From NCBI GenBank assembly GCA_026391555.1, contig JAPLEB010000093.1, positions 16,821 through 80,820 of the forward strand: DNA of 64,000 nucleotides. The letters run 5' to 3'. Numbering within the stretch: the stretch's first letter is position 1; every line of letters begins with the position of its first letter. Shown piece after piece: positions 48,528 through 57,626 of the stretch. Both the position numbers and the translations under genes were made by a program. The stretch comes from Bacteroidia bacterium (GTDB lineage Bacteria; Bacteroidota; Bacteroidia; Bacteroidales; VadinHA17). Below the pieces are notes generated by a model. That model searched no databases. It was given only the letters and a program-made list of their open reading frames with translations, and had not been told where the DNA came from.

Positions 48528-48748
48528 ATATAGTACTAATATTTATGATGAAACAAATATTGAAATATTTTCCATATATAAAAATGACAAATGGATGAAT
48601 TAAATATAATAGGTATCAGGGAATTGATTTATTGAGAATAACAAATAATGAATGTCGTTAAAATATAGTTAAATATTTTACCGTTACACTCAATAATGTT
48701 TATTTTGCAGTCACAATTCGATTTCATCAGATATAAACACAGTTCTAA

Positions 48749-49441
48749 TTGAACAGACTCATTTATACCATCGCATTCTTCATCCTGACTTTTTTAGACG
48801 TATATGGTCAGACAAATGAAAGGGAGAGATTCGTTCAGGTAAGCGGGATTATTACTGACGAGTCATATAAAGCTGTGCCAGGGGTGGCGGTTATCTCCAA
48901 AAAACTTCGCAGGGGAACCATAAGTGAAAGAACCGGTATCTATTCCATCACAAGCACCCCTGGTGATACTATTTTTTTCAGAGCTTTAGGATTTAAAAGA
49001 TATCATACAATTATTCCGGTATCGTACGAAGAAAGGCATTGTAATGTTGATATTGCCCTGGAAATTGATACTATTCCGATTGAAGAAATAACGATTCTCC
49101 CATGGAAGAGTTATAATGATTTTATTAAAGATATAACTAAAGAAAAGCCTGTTGATCCGATTATTGAAAATATGAATGATAACATTGCTTCAATTTATAT
49201 AGCATTGGCAAATCAGACAGGGGTAAGAATTTCACCTGAAGCAGGTTACAGATATGCTATGGAGCAGAATTTCAGTGCTTTAACAACAAAAAACCAATAT
49301 CCTGTCAATAACCTACTCAACCCATTTGCCTGGGCAAAATTCATTAACGGGATTAAGAATGGATTATTTAAAAATCAGAAATTCAACAAACCTGTTAACG
49401 CCAAAGTCAGAAAAATAAAAAAGAAATCGGAAAACAAATAA
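48749..49441 (+). CDS. CarboxypepD_reg-like domain secreted protein
   Basis: Signal peptide; VSGIITD...VPGVAV...GIYSI...GDTIFF.ALGF. Confidence 0.7.
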   Translation: MNRLIYTIAFFILTFLDVYGQTNERERFVQVSGIITDESYKAVPGVAVISKKLRRGTISERTGIYSITSTPGDTIFFRALGFKRYHTIIPVSYEERHCNVDIALEIDTIPIEEITILPWKSYNDFIKDITKEKPVDPIIENMNDNIASIYIALANQTGVRISPEAGYRYAMEQNFSALTTKNQYPVNNLLNPFAWAKFINGIKNGLFKNQKFNKPVNAKVRKIKKKSENK

Positions 49442-49455
49442 TCAGCCTTTTCTGT

Positions 49456-50205
49456 ATGAAAAAGTATGAAGGGAGATTGATTGGCATTCTAGGTACTGTA
49501 ATAATTCATCTTATTGCCGGAATAATATTTATGTCATTCCAGATAAAGTCATTGCAAAGGAATTTATCGGATGAATTCGAGGTTGAATTTGCCCCTGTTG
49601 TGGGGTCTCAGATAAAGGAGAAGCTGATTGAGTTACCTGCAACAACTATTGAAAGAATTCTTAAGGGGGACGATGAGATGCTTAATATTGCAAGAAATCT
49701 CGCGAACAAGTCGGAGGAAAAGATAGATCCTGCTGATTATATTGATATGGTTAAAGAGGAACTTATAAAGAGCGGGAAGCTCGGAATTGACAATTATATC
49801 GATGAGCAGAAAAGGTTGGATGAAATGAAGGCAGACGAGAAACTTACATTTGAGAATGATACTGTCAATAAGAATGAAAGTGACAAGCCTAAAGAATCGC
49901 AGAAAATGGCTGCAAATTACAAGGGACCGACAAGGATCTATTATTATCTGGCAGACCGTAACCACACGTATCTGCCAATTCCTATATATAAATGTCAGGG
50001 ATCAGGCAAGGTTGTCCTGTCTATTGATGTTAACCAGAAAGGAGTTGTTGAAAAAGCGTTGGTAATTGCAGATGAAAGCACCACTTCCGACCCTTGTCTT
50101 GTTGAAACAGCAGTAGCCACAGCTCTGATTTCGAGATTCAACTCCGATCTCAATTCCCCAAAAATACAAACAGGGACACTTTCATATCAGTTTGTAGCCC
50201 AGTAA
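49456..50205 (+). CDS. TonB-like protein (N-terminal TM with His, C-terminal TonB-like domain)
   Basis: TVIIH TM anchor; PIYKCQGSGKVVLSIDVNQKG...QTGTLSYQF. Confidence 0.65.
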   Translation: MKKYEGRLIGILGTVIIHLIAGIIFMSFQIKSLQRNLSDEFEVEFAPVVGSQIKEKLIELPATTIERILKGDDEMLNIARNLANKSEEKIDPADYIDMVKEELIKSGKLGIDNYIDEQKRLDEMKADEKLTFENDTVNKNESDKPKESQKMAANYKGPTRIYYYLADRNHTYLPIPIYKCQGSGKVVLSIDVNQKGVVEKALVIADESTTSDPCLVETAVATALISRFNSDLNSPKIQTGTLSYQFVAQ

Positions 50206-50363
50206 GTGTGCTTTAACATGGCGCTCTGCCATTGTAGCGAAGGATTGCTTCGTTACTTTGCGCAATGACCGTAGTGAAGTGAAACGTTTGGCGATTGTTC
50301 AGTTTTGAACCATTTACCTCTTGTTACGAGTTACGGGCCATAAGCTATAAGCTACAGTATTAA

Positions 50364-50621
50364 CTATTTTTTCTTCTTGAGAAGGAAAAATCCCGCAGCT
50401 CCTGCAACAACAACAGCTCCTGCTATTATGGCTATAGTTGCGGAACTTCCTTTAGCTTCGCTTTTCTCATCCTCAACAGCATAATAGAATGTTGGTTTTG
50501 CATCAGTATCCATATTGACTGTATCTTTCTTTGGTCTGGGCTGCTCCTGTGCAATTGCCATATTCATACCACCAAGAAGAAGGAGCGATGTCATCGAAAA
50601 CACTAAAACTGATTTTTTCAT
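50364..50621 (-). CDS. Small secreted protein with C-terminal TM anchor and basic tail
   Basis: Sec signal (AIA|Q), ~35-aa acidic linker, TM IAIIAGAVVVAGAAGFFLL, KKKK; starts 18 nt after the GT-C stop. Confidence 0.7.
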   Translation of the reverse strand: MKKSVLVFSMTSLLLLGGMNMAIAQEQPRPKKDTVNMDTDAKPTFYYAVEDEKSEAKGSSATIAIIAGAVVVAGAAGFFLLKKKK

Positions 50622-50639
50622 TTTTAAACTTTTTATAAA

Positions 50640-52709
50640 TTATTGAATAGTATTTGCCAGTTCATCATATTTTTCTGCAACGTCGGGGTTTGATTTCCTG
50701 TAAGTATCAGCCAGTGCAACTATTGCAGGCTTATACCGCGGACTCATTGTCAGACACGTTCTGAGTAAAGCCCGGGCCCTCATTATATCACTGTCAATCA
50801 ATAATTCCGACAGTCCGACATATGCATCAAAGTACTTCCTGTCAGCTTCAATAAGTCTTTGGTAATACCTGATAGCCTCATCCGTTTTATTTTGCGACCC
50901 GGCTATGTTTCCAAGGTACATCAGTATCGGCTCAAAATCAGGATTTATCTCTAATCCCTTATTTAAAACCGAGTCTGCCTTCTGATACTGCCCATCGTTA
51001 TATAAAGCTGCTGCAAAATTATAATAAATCATTTCATCACCATCATCAACCAGCAATACCTTCTCAAAGTATTTTATTGCATCCTTGCTCCTGCCTTCAT
51101 TTAAAGCAATATAACCGTAAAAATCATCTTTCGATTTTCGTTCAATAACTGCACAAACCGGAATCCGGTCAGCATATATAATATGTATAGCATTTGTGGG
51201 AGGCCAGTAATTATTCTTTAATTGGTAAGGTGAGATATACCTGTTTGCTACAATGGCATAATCCCAGTCGGACTGGCTTCTTTCTTCATACCTGAAATAT
51301 GATGTTTCAATATCAGGATGAGCGCGAAACAGCCATTTTACAGAATAAGTTGCCTTAACTTTTACAGAGCCGGTAATATTCTTCTCTTTGAGATAATCAA
51401 TCAGCCATTTTGATGCTTCAGTCTGACCGACATAATAATAATCCGTTTCATAATTAGCATAAGCCCCTCGTAATCCTCCAACCAGCTGATTATAATACAA
51501 ATAATAGTATGGATGATTTACGATCATGAACTTAAGAGGATGAACCGATAGTACAGCCAGCAGTGCAACCACACCCCATTTTGAATACTTGTTTTTAACA
51601 CAATCAAAAAAGTAATGAAATCCTATCGCGGCTAATAAAACTATTGCAGGATAGATAAAAAGAAACTGCCTCCAGGAACTGTACAGATTTGATTTATCAT
51701 AAACCACAAAAACAAGGGGAAACAAAACTGTAAAAATTACAAATCCATATAGGACAGTCTTTCCATGATTGAATATAAGCTTTGACAAAAAACTGAATAA
51801 AATCAAACCTGTCAATACAATAAGAGGAATGGTGATTGACATGGATTTAGGAAGGTAGTACCATGGCATATAATCCGACCATTCAACTTTTCCTTCAAAT
51901 ATCTGACGGAAGGTATCCGGAAAATGAGCCATAACATGATAAGATTCGAGAACATTCTTAACGGGACTCTGAAGTGCATAAGGCCATAATAAAATGCTTA
52001 ATAACCAGGATACTATGGAAATCCCGGTTATCCATAAAAGCTTAGTTCTGATTTCAATAAAATCAATTATATTACCTCTCAGATATTTAACCAGGTAGAA
52101 GATAAAAAAGAAAAAGAAGAGATAACAGATCAATAGTAACCCTCCTGCCCTGATGCTGATAGAAAATGCGATACCGGCAGTTAGTAAAATTATATACCGG
52201 GTTGAAATTTTCCTTCCTGAAAACAGGAACTTAAGAGTGAAAAAAATACTTGAAATATAACCAAGCGCGAATGGAATATCCTTCAGGTTATTCTGAGTGT
52301 GACCAATAAAAGTAGGTGAAACAGCAAACAGGATCAGGACAAGAATACCGGCTCTGTAACCGGCGAGCCAAACAGCAAAAAGAGCTGTTAATAAAATAAC
52401 AAGCCACCCTGCGACAGAACTCATAAGGTGACGAAATCCGTATATATCATCAATATTAAACCAATTGATTAATATCGTGACCAGATTATCGTATGACTGG
52501 CCATAATATTTCAGATTAGTAATGGGGGTATTCAGTGCAGACTGATCATTACCATGAGTTGCAAAATAGTTATAAACTGAGACAGAATGATTGTAATGCA
52601 GAACTTCATCGCAAGTGATACCGGCATCCCTGCTTGTGAGCAGCATCAGAAAAAGAAGAATTGCGGAAGAAAAATAAAAGATATATTTTAGCCTTGCCAC
52701 TTTCATCAT
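50640..52709 (-). CDS. GT-C (PMT/ArnT-like) membrane glycosyltransferase with C-terminal TPRs
   Basis: DE motif (ITCDE) after TM1, NNLKDIPF, ~11-13 TM, ETDYY, several TPR repeats. Confidence 0.78.
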   Translation of the reverse strand: MMKVARLKYIFYFSSAILLFLMLLTSRDAGITCDEVLHYNHSVSVYNYFATHGNDQSALNTPITNLKYYGQSYDNLVTILINWFNIDDIYGFRHLMSSVAGWLVILLTALFAVWLAGYRAGILVLILFAVSPTFIGHTQNNLKDIPFALGYISSIFFTLKFLFSGRKISTRYIILLTAGIAFSISIRAGGLLLICYLFFFFFIFYLVKYLRGNIIDFIEIRTKLLWITGISIVSWLLSILLWPYALQSPVKNVLESYHVMAHFPDTFRQIFEGKVEWSDYMPWYYLPKSMSITIPLIVLTGLILFSFLSKLIFNHGKTVLYGFVIFTVLFPLVFVVYDKSNLYSSWRQFLFIYPAIVLLAAIGFHYFFDCVKNKYSKWGVVALLAVLSVHPLKFMIVNHPYYYLYYNQLVGGLRGAYANYETDYYYVGQTEASKWLIDYLKEKNITGSVKVKATYSVKWLFRAHPDIETSYFRYEERSQSDWDYAIVANRYISPYQLKNNYWPPTNAIHIIYADRIPVCAVIERKSKDDFYGYIALNEGRSKDAIKYFEKVLLVDDGDEMIYYNFAAALYNDGQYQKADSVLNKGLEINPDFEPILMYLGNIAGSQNKTDEAIRYYQRLIEADRKYFDAYVGLSELLIDSDIMRARALLRTCLTMSPRYKPAIVALADTYRKSNPDVAEKYDELANTIQ

Positions 52710-53635
52710 TTTTCCAGACCGCCGTCATAAAACTTCCTCACAAAATAGACCGGACGGTTTTGTGATTCCTTATAGCTTCTGTAAACATATTCGCCCAGGA
52801 TACCCAAAAAAACCAACTGAATGGATCCGAGAAAATAAATACTGAGAAGAGTGGATGACCACCCGATAACCGCGAAGCCATAAGCTTTTGCTATCAGAAC
52901 ATAAATTCCTGCGCTCATAAAAACAAGAGTGCCTATTATCCCAAGCATCAGACAGAAGCGAATTGGAAATCTCGAGAAGGAAAAAATGGCATCTGCAGCC
53001 AGGACAAACAACTTGCGAATGCTCATCTTAGAGACACCTTTGAAGCGGTCTTCTCTGACGAATTCGACATATCCCTGTTTGAAACCGATAAATGTTCTCA
53101 GCCCCGGCAGATACCTGACTTTTTCTTTCATTGAAAGAATTGCGTCAACGGCTTTCCGCTTCATCATCGAGTAATTTCCTGAATTCTCCATGTTTTTTAT
53201 TTCGCCAATATGCTTAAAAAGAAGATTAAACAAAATTGCATACAGGTTGCGGCCCTTATTACCTTTTCTCCCGATCTTTTTACCACTGATAATATCAAAA
53301 TCTTCTTCTTTTATCTTCCTGTACATCTCGGAAAGCAGCTCCGGAGGATCCTGAAGATCACCGTCCATCATTGCAACAAAATCTCCCTTAGCATATTCCA
53401 ATCCGGCTGTATATGCAGCCTGGTGACCAAAATTCTTCGATAATGACAGAATTTTTATCTTCCTGTTTTGTTGCTGCCATTGCAGAATCTTATTAAGACT
53501 CGTGTCAGTGCTCCCATCGTCAACGAAAATCACCTCATAATCAGGGATGAATGATTCAAGAGCTGAAATAGTCCTTTTCACCAGCTCATCAATCAGTTTC
53601 TCTTCATTAAATATAGGAATTACCAATGAAAGCAT
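52706..53635 (-). CDS. GT2 polyprenyl-phosphate glycosyltransferase (GtrB-like)
   Basis: VIPIFNEE, FVDDGSTD, NFGHQAA, MDGDLQDPPE, two C-terminal TM, GEYVYR...RPVY. Confidence 0.9.
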   Translation of the reverse strand: MLSLVIPIFNEEKLIDELVKRTISALESFIPDYEVIFVDDGSTDTSLNKILQWQQQNRKIKILSLSKNFGHQAAYTAGLEYAKGDFVAMMDGDLQDPPELLSEMYRKIKEEDFDIISGKKIGRKGNKGRNLYAILFNLLFKHIGEIKNMENSGNYSMMKRKAVDAILSMKEKVRYLPGLRTFIGFKQGYVEFVREDRFKGVSKMSIRKLFVLAADAIFSFSRFPIRFCLMLGIIGTLVFMSAGIYVLIAKAYGFAVIGWSSTLLSIYFLGSIQLVFLGILGEYVYRSYKESQNRPVYFVRKFYDGGLEK

Positions 53636-53657
53636 AACAGGATTTATAATTCCAAAA

Positions 53658-54872
53658 TTATTTTACTGGTTGAAGTCGTGCAAGTGCAAATTCGGCTTCG
53701 TCCTTTAACTCAGTATTTGATACAAGATTTTTAATAGCAGGAACAGAATAATCAGAACCCATCCAGCTTAATTCGCGGAGTAAAAGTTTCTTTGCTTCAA
53801 CTGTAGCCTCATTGCTGGTAAGAACTTTTACCATCATCTTCTCAAGATTCAATAACCCCTGTTCATCACCTGCAAGATTACGGATATGGCTCTGCACATA
53901 ACTGAAATATTTGGTGCTTTTTGCTATATCATAACTCCCAACATTTGCCATGGCCTCATCAAGTTTCATTTCCTTGAAGTCGGGACGTAGAACAACCCCT
54001 GCAGCACTTGGGAAATCCCATGGTATGGGTTGAGTTACATCGCCGGTAACAGCCCATTCTGCACCTCGCTGCAATGTTACAATAAATCCTACGCACTGCA
54101 TTGCAGGGCCACCGCCTTCATCAGCATGCCCCATGGCAGTATGGAATATCCTGCCTTTCTCATAACTGATAACCATAAGCATAGGCTCGTCTCTCCTTGT
54201 ACCTCCGCCTTTAGCAGAATCAGCAAAAGCCGTTGCCAGTATCTGCATGTTTTTAGCAGGTCCCCGAAGCTGACTGTATAACTCATCATTCCCATGCAAC
54301 CATCTTACAGGCAAACCTTTGGTTATAGGATGGTCAGTAATTCTTGCTCTGACAAGAAATTCCCTTCTTTTACCATGAGAACCACCTTTGCCAGCCGCTG
54401 TGTCTATAACCAGCTGATTATTTTTGTAATAAACATAAGGTCCGTCTTTTTCTGTGCGGTTTCCCCATCCGCCAAGTCCTATCATTTCGTTATATTCTTT
54501 CCATGCCGGAAAAGAATTATCGGCAGCATGGTAAACCACAACTCCACCGCCGTTTTTAACATATTCAAGGAATGCAGCGTTTGTTTTTTCTGACCATGAG
54601 TCGCCGTTATAATCCAGAACAATCAATTTATATTTTGAAAAATCAGGATTGAAAGTATTCATATCTCCGCCTTTTTCAGGAGTGATCAGGATATCCGCTG
54701 TAAACATTCCTGTTTCGTCAAGTATCTGTTTCAAAACCGGTGAACTTGCTTTCCAGTTATGATTATTCTGACCTGTGATTATCAATGTTTTGTAAACTGC
54801 CTCATTTTTACAGGCAGATACAAAGGTTAATAAACCTGCTACAAATAATAATAGTAAATATTGTTTTTTCAT
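53658..54872 (-). CDS. ThuA-like domain lipoprotein with C-terminal helical (HEAT-like) extension
   Basis: SAC lipobox; TGQNNHNW, GGGVVVYHAA, HPITKGLP, DELY, GRIFHTAMGH, QRGAEW. Confidence 0.82.
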   Translation of the reverse strand: MKKQYLLLLFVAGLLTFVSACKNEAVYKTLIITGQNNHNWKASSPVLKQILDETGMFTADILITPEKGGDMNTFNPDFSKYKLIVLDYNGDSWSEKTNAAFLEYVKNGGGVVVYHAADNSFPAWKEYNEMIGLGGWGNRTEKDGPYVYYKNNQLVIDTAAGKGGSHGKRREFLVRARITDHPITKGLPVRWLHGNDELYSQLRGPAKNMQILATAFADSAKGGGTRRDEPMLMVISYEKGRIFHTAMGHADEGGGPAMQCVGFIVTLQRGAEWAVTGDVTQPIPWDFPSAAGVVLRPDFKEMKLDEAMANVGSYDIAKSTKYFSYVQSHIRNLAGDEQGLLNLEKMMVKVLTSNEATVEAKKLLLRELSWMGSDYSVPAIKNLVSNTELKDEAEFALARLQPVK

Positions 54873-54884
54873 TTTTCTTACTGA

Positions 54885-56198
54885 TTAAACTGTTGGTAAT
54901 GTCCATGGTTGACGGTAAGGACGGCTCAGCATGCGGCCGGCCCTTGGATTGCCGATTATCTCTTCCTTATCCGGATCCCATTTAATTGTCTGGCCGGTTG
55001 TCATGGCAATTTCACCCAATAAGGCAACAGATATTGCCCTGTAAGCTACTTCTATGGGAGCAATTGTTGGCTTTCCAGAGCGGACACAATCGATGAAGTT
55101 CTGCCAATGGTTCTCGCTTTTATATAACTTAATCTCATTCTCACCGATAACTTCATCGAGAATTTTAGGATCAGAAGCGGAAATTTTGTTTCCCCTGTCA
55201 ACATGAACCCAGCCCAGGTCGCCATGCCATGTAGTTCCCATGCCAAGAGGAAGTCGTGATGCATTTGCTACCCGCATTTCAATGCCGTTAGCATATTTGC
55301 ATAGGAAATCATATTCAACGGGTACATTATAAATTCCTTCAACAGGGTAAACACCTGCTCCTGAAATTTCAACCGGACCAGTATGTTCAAGTCCTGCACC
55401 CCAGTTTGCGATATCAACATGGTGCCCTGCCCAATCGGTTAACTGCCCCCCTGAATAATCAAGTATCCAGCGCCAATCCCAATGCGAAACACCGCGATAA
55501 GGTACTTTTAAAGCTGGTCCAAGCCACATCTCCCAGTTCAGTTCAGCAGGAACTTCCTGAATTGGCGGAGTACCTATGCATTTATTTCCGTCAGGTAGTC
55601 CTACTTCAATATATTTTATCTTTCCAACTCTGCCATTAATAGCAAGTTCGGCTCCATGGTGAAAATTGGGTAGAGAGCGTTGCCAGCTGCCAGTCTGCCA
55701 AATAATGTTGTTCTTTTTAACTGTGTTGACAATAGTCTGACCATCTTTTATTGTCCGGCAAATAGGCTTCTCACCATATACATTAAATTTCTTGTTTGCG
55801 ACTTCCGAATAAATGATCCCGTGCCAGTGATCGGGTAATGCTAAAGAAACAGCATCCGGTTTTTCCTTTTCGAGGAATTCGCGGTAATCACCATAAGTCC
55901 GGCAATCACTGTTCTTATTTGCCTGGTTAACTGTCTCTTTGGCTTTTGCCAGATGAAGGGCGTCCACATCGCATACTGCAACAAATTGCACGGCATCTTT
56001 GAGTCTTAAAAAGTCTCTCATATTGCTCATTCCCTGCGATCCGGTACCGATAGCGCCCATTACAATACGATCGCTGGGAGCAATCCTCCCTCCCATTCCA
56101 AACGCTGACGAAGGAATGATTTGCGGAAGCACGATAGCCCCTGCTACAACTGCCGCCGATCGTTTAACAAATTCTCTTCTTGATGATTTGTTTGCCAT
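54885..56198 (-). CDS. Tat-exported Gfo/Idh/MocA oxidoreductase
   Basis: RREFV Tat motif; IGTGSQG, PDHWH, GEKP, QTGSWQRS, DYSGGQLTDWAGHH. Confidence 0.9.
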   Translation of the reverse strand: MANKSSRREFVKRSAAVVAGAIVLPQIIPSSAFGMGGRIAPSDRIVMGAIGTGSQGMSNMRDFLRLKDAVQFVAVCDVDALHLAKAKETVNQANKNSDCRTYGDYREFLEKEKPDAVSLALPDHWHGIIYSEVANKKFNVYGEKPICRTIKDGQTIVNTVKKNNIIWQTGSWQRSLPNFHHGAELAINGRVGKIKYIEVGLPDGNKCIGTPPIQEVPAELNWEMWLGPALKVPYRGVSHWDWRWILDYSGGQLTDWAGHHVDIANWGAGLEHTGPVEISGAGVYPVEGIYNVPVEYDFLCKYANGIEMRVANASRLPLGMGTTWHGDLGWVHVDRGNKISASDPKILDEVIGENEIKLYKSENHWQNFIDCVRSGKPTIAPIEVAYRAISVALLGEIAMTTGQTIKWDPDKEEIIGNPRAGRMLSRPYRQPWTLPTV

Positions 56199-56241
56199 TT
56201 TGATTTTATTTTAGTTATGCTATAATATAATAACTTATATA

Positions 56242-57576
56242 TTAAACCTTTACTGATGTTCCGGGGATAGGTGTTTCGAAAACCATATCAACAGGGCCTA
56301 ACTCAATTTTAGCCGGTCCAAGGTCCATATCAGATTTTAAAATCTCATCCCATGATATTGACAGGCCGGTATAGGCCGCGGTCCTTCCCATAATGGCTGT
56401 AAGTGTCGAAAGGGCTGTTTGTTCTGCTTCATTAACATAATTGCCAGTACGGATAGCATGAACAAGGTGCATGTGCTCCTGGACATAAGGAGGAATCTTT
56501 AAAGCGTTCATAGGATTTCCGTTTTCATCTTTAGGATATTCAAACTGCCATTTTACATTTCCCTTCAAATCCCAGATTGTGTTGGCACAATTGGTATAAC
56601 CTTCAGACCCCACAATAACTTCTCCCGTTCCGTTAGCGCAGCTATCTATCTGACGGCACATACTATGCGAGCTGACGCCATTCCCATAATCGAAGTCGAT
56701 GCTAAAAAAGTCATACTGATCACCGGTAACTCTGCGATGACGGCCGCCATAGCCGATTGCCTTTTCGGGATGCTTACCCATGAACCAGTTGATAACATCT
56801 ATATTATGTACGTGTGTGTCAAGGATATGATCACCGCTTAACCAGCAGAAATTATTCCAGTTACGGATCATGTATTCCATATCGTTCCATCCCTTTTCCC
56901 GCTCACGGAACCATACATGATCCTGGTTCCAGAATGCTTTGGCAGAGGTTATTGTGCCAATTGCACCGTTCACTACCTGTTTATATGTCTCTATATAATC
57001 TTCCTGATGACGTCTCTGAGTTCCTGTGACAACACATAATCCGATAGCTTCGGCTTTTTTCCCGGAAGTTATAACTGAACGTATTCCAACAGGATCTACT
57101 GCTACCGGTTTTTCCAGGAAGGTATGTTTGTTATTCGAAACAGCCTCAAGAAAATGCTCAGGGCGGAACTGAGGTGGAGTTGCAAGTATAACAACATCAA
57201 CATCAGGAAGAGCCATCAGCTTTTTATAAGCATCAAACCCGACAAAGCAGTTTTCGGCAGGTATTGGAAGATTGAACGAAGCAAATCTTTCGCGGCAGGC
57301 ATCAACCTTATCCTGGAAAACATCGGCAAGGGCTATAACCTCCAGGTCGGGCCCTGCACTTATAAAATTAATGGCTGCTCCGGTACCTCTTGCTCCGGCG
57401 CCAACAAGGCCGGCCCTGAGTTTCTTACCTTTTGGGGCACCATTTAAAATAGGAGGAAGACCAAGCGCTTCAATATCCGGTTTCCTCTTGCATGCTGCTA
57501 TCAATGCCCCTGCACCGGCTAATCCCATACCTGCAAGCGCTGTTTTTCCAATGAATTTTCTTCTGTCGATATTCAT
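56242..57576 (-). CDS. Tat-exported (lipo)protein Gfo/Idh/MocA oxidoreductase
   Basis: RRKFI Tat motif plus IAAC lipobox; VGAGARGTGA, TPPQFRP, EKPVAVD, GTQRRH, SGDHILDTHVHNID. Confidence 0.9.
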   Translation of the reverse strand: MNIDRRKFIGKTALAGMGLAGAGALIAACKRKPDIEALGLPPILNGAPKGKKLRAGLVGAGARGTGAAINFISAGPDLEVIALADVFQDKVDACRERFASFNLPIPAENCFVGFDAYKKLMALPDVDVVILATPPQFRPEHFLEAVSNNKHTFLEKPVAVDPVGIRSVITSGKKAEAIGLCVVTGTQRRHQEDYIETYKQVVNGAIGTITSAKAFWNQDHVWFREREKGWNDMEYMIRNWNNFCWLSGDHILDTHVHNIDVINWFMGKHPEKAIGYGGRHRRVTGDQYDFFSIDFDYGNGVSSHSMCRQIDSCANGTGEVIVGSEGYTNCANTIWDLKGNVKWQFEYPKDENGNPMNALKIPPYVQEHMHLVHAIRTGNYVNEAEQTALSTLTAIMGRTAAYTGLSISWDEILKSDMDLGPAKIELGPVDMVFETPIPGTSVKV

Positions 57577-57626
57577 ATATTCTGTTCCTTCGTTTGTCGA
57601 TTGTCGTTTTTCGTTCGCCTTTTGTC

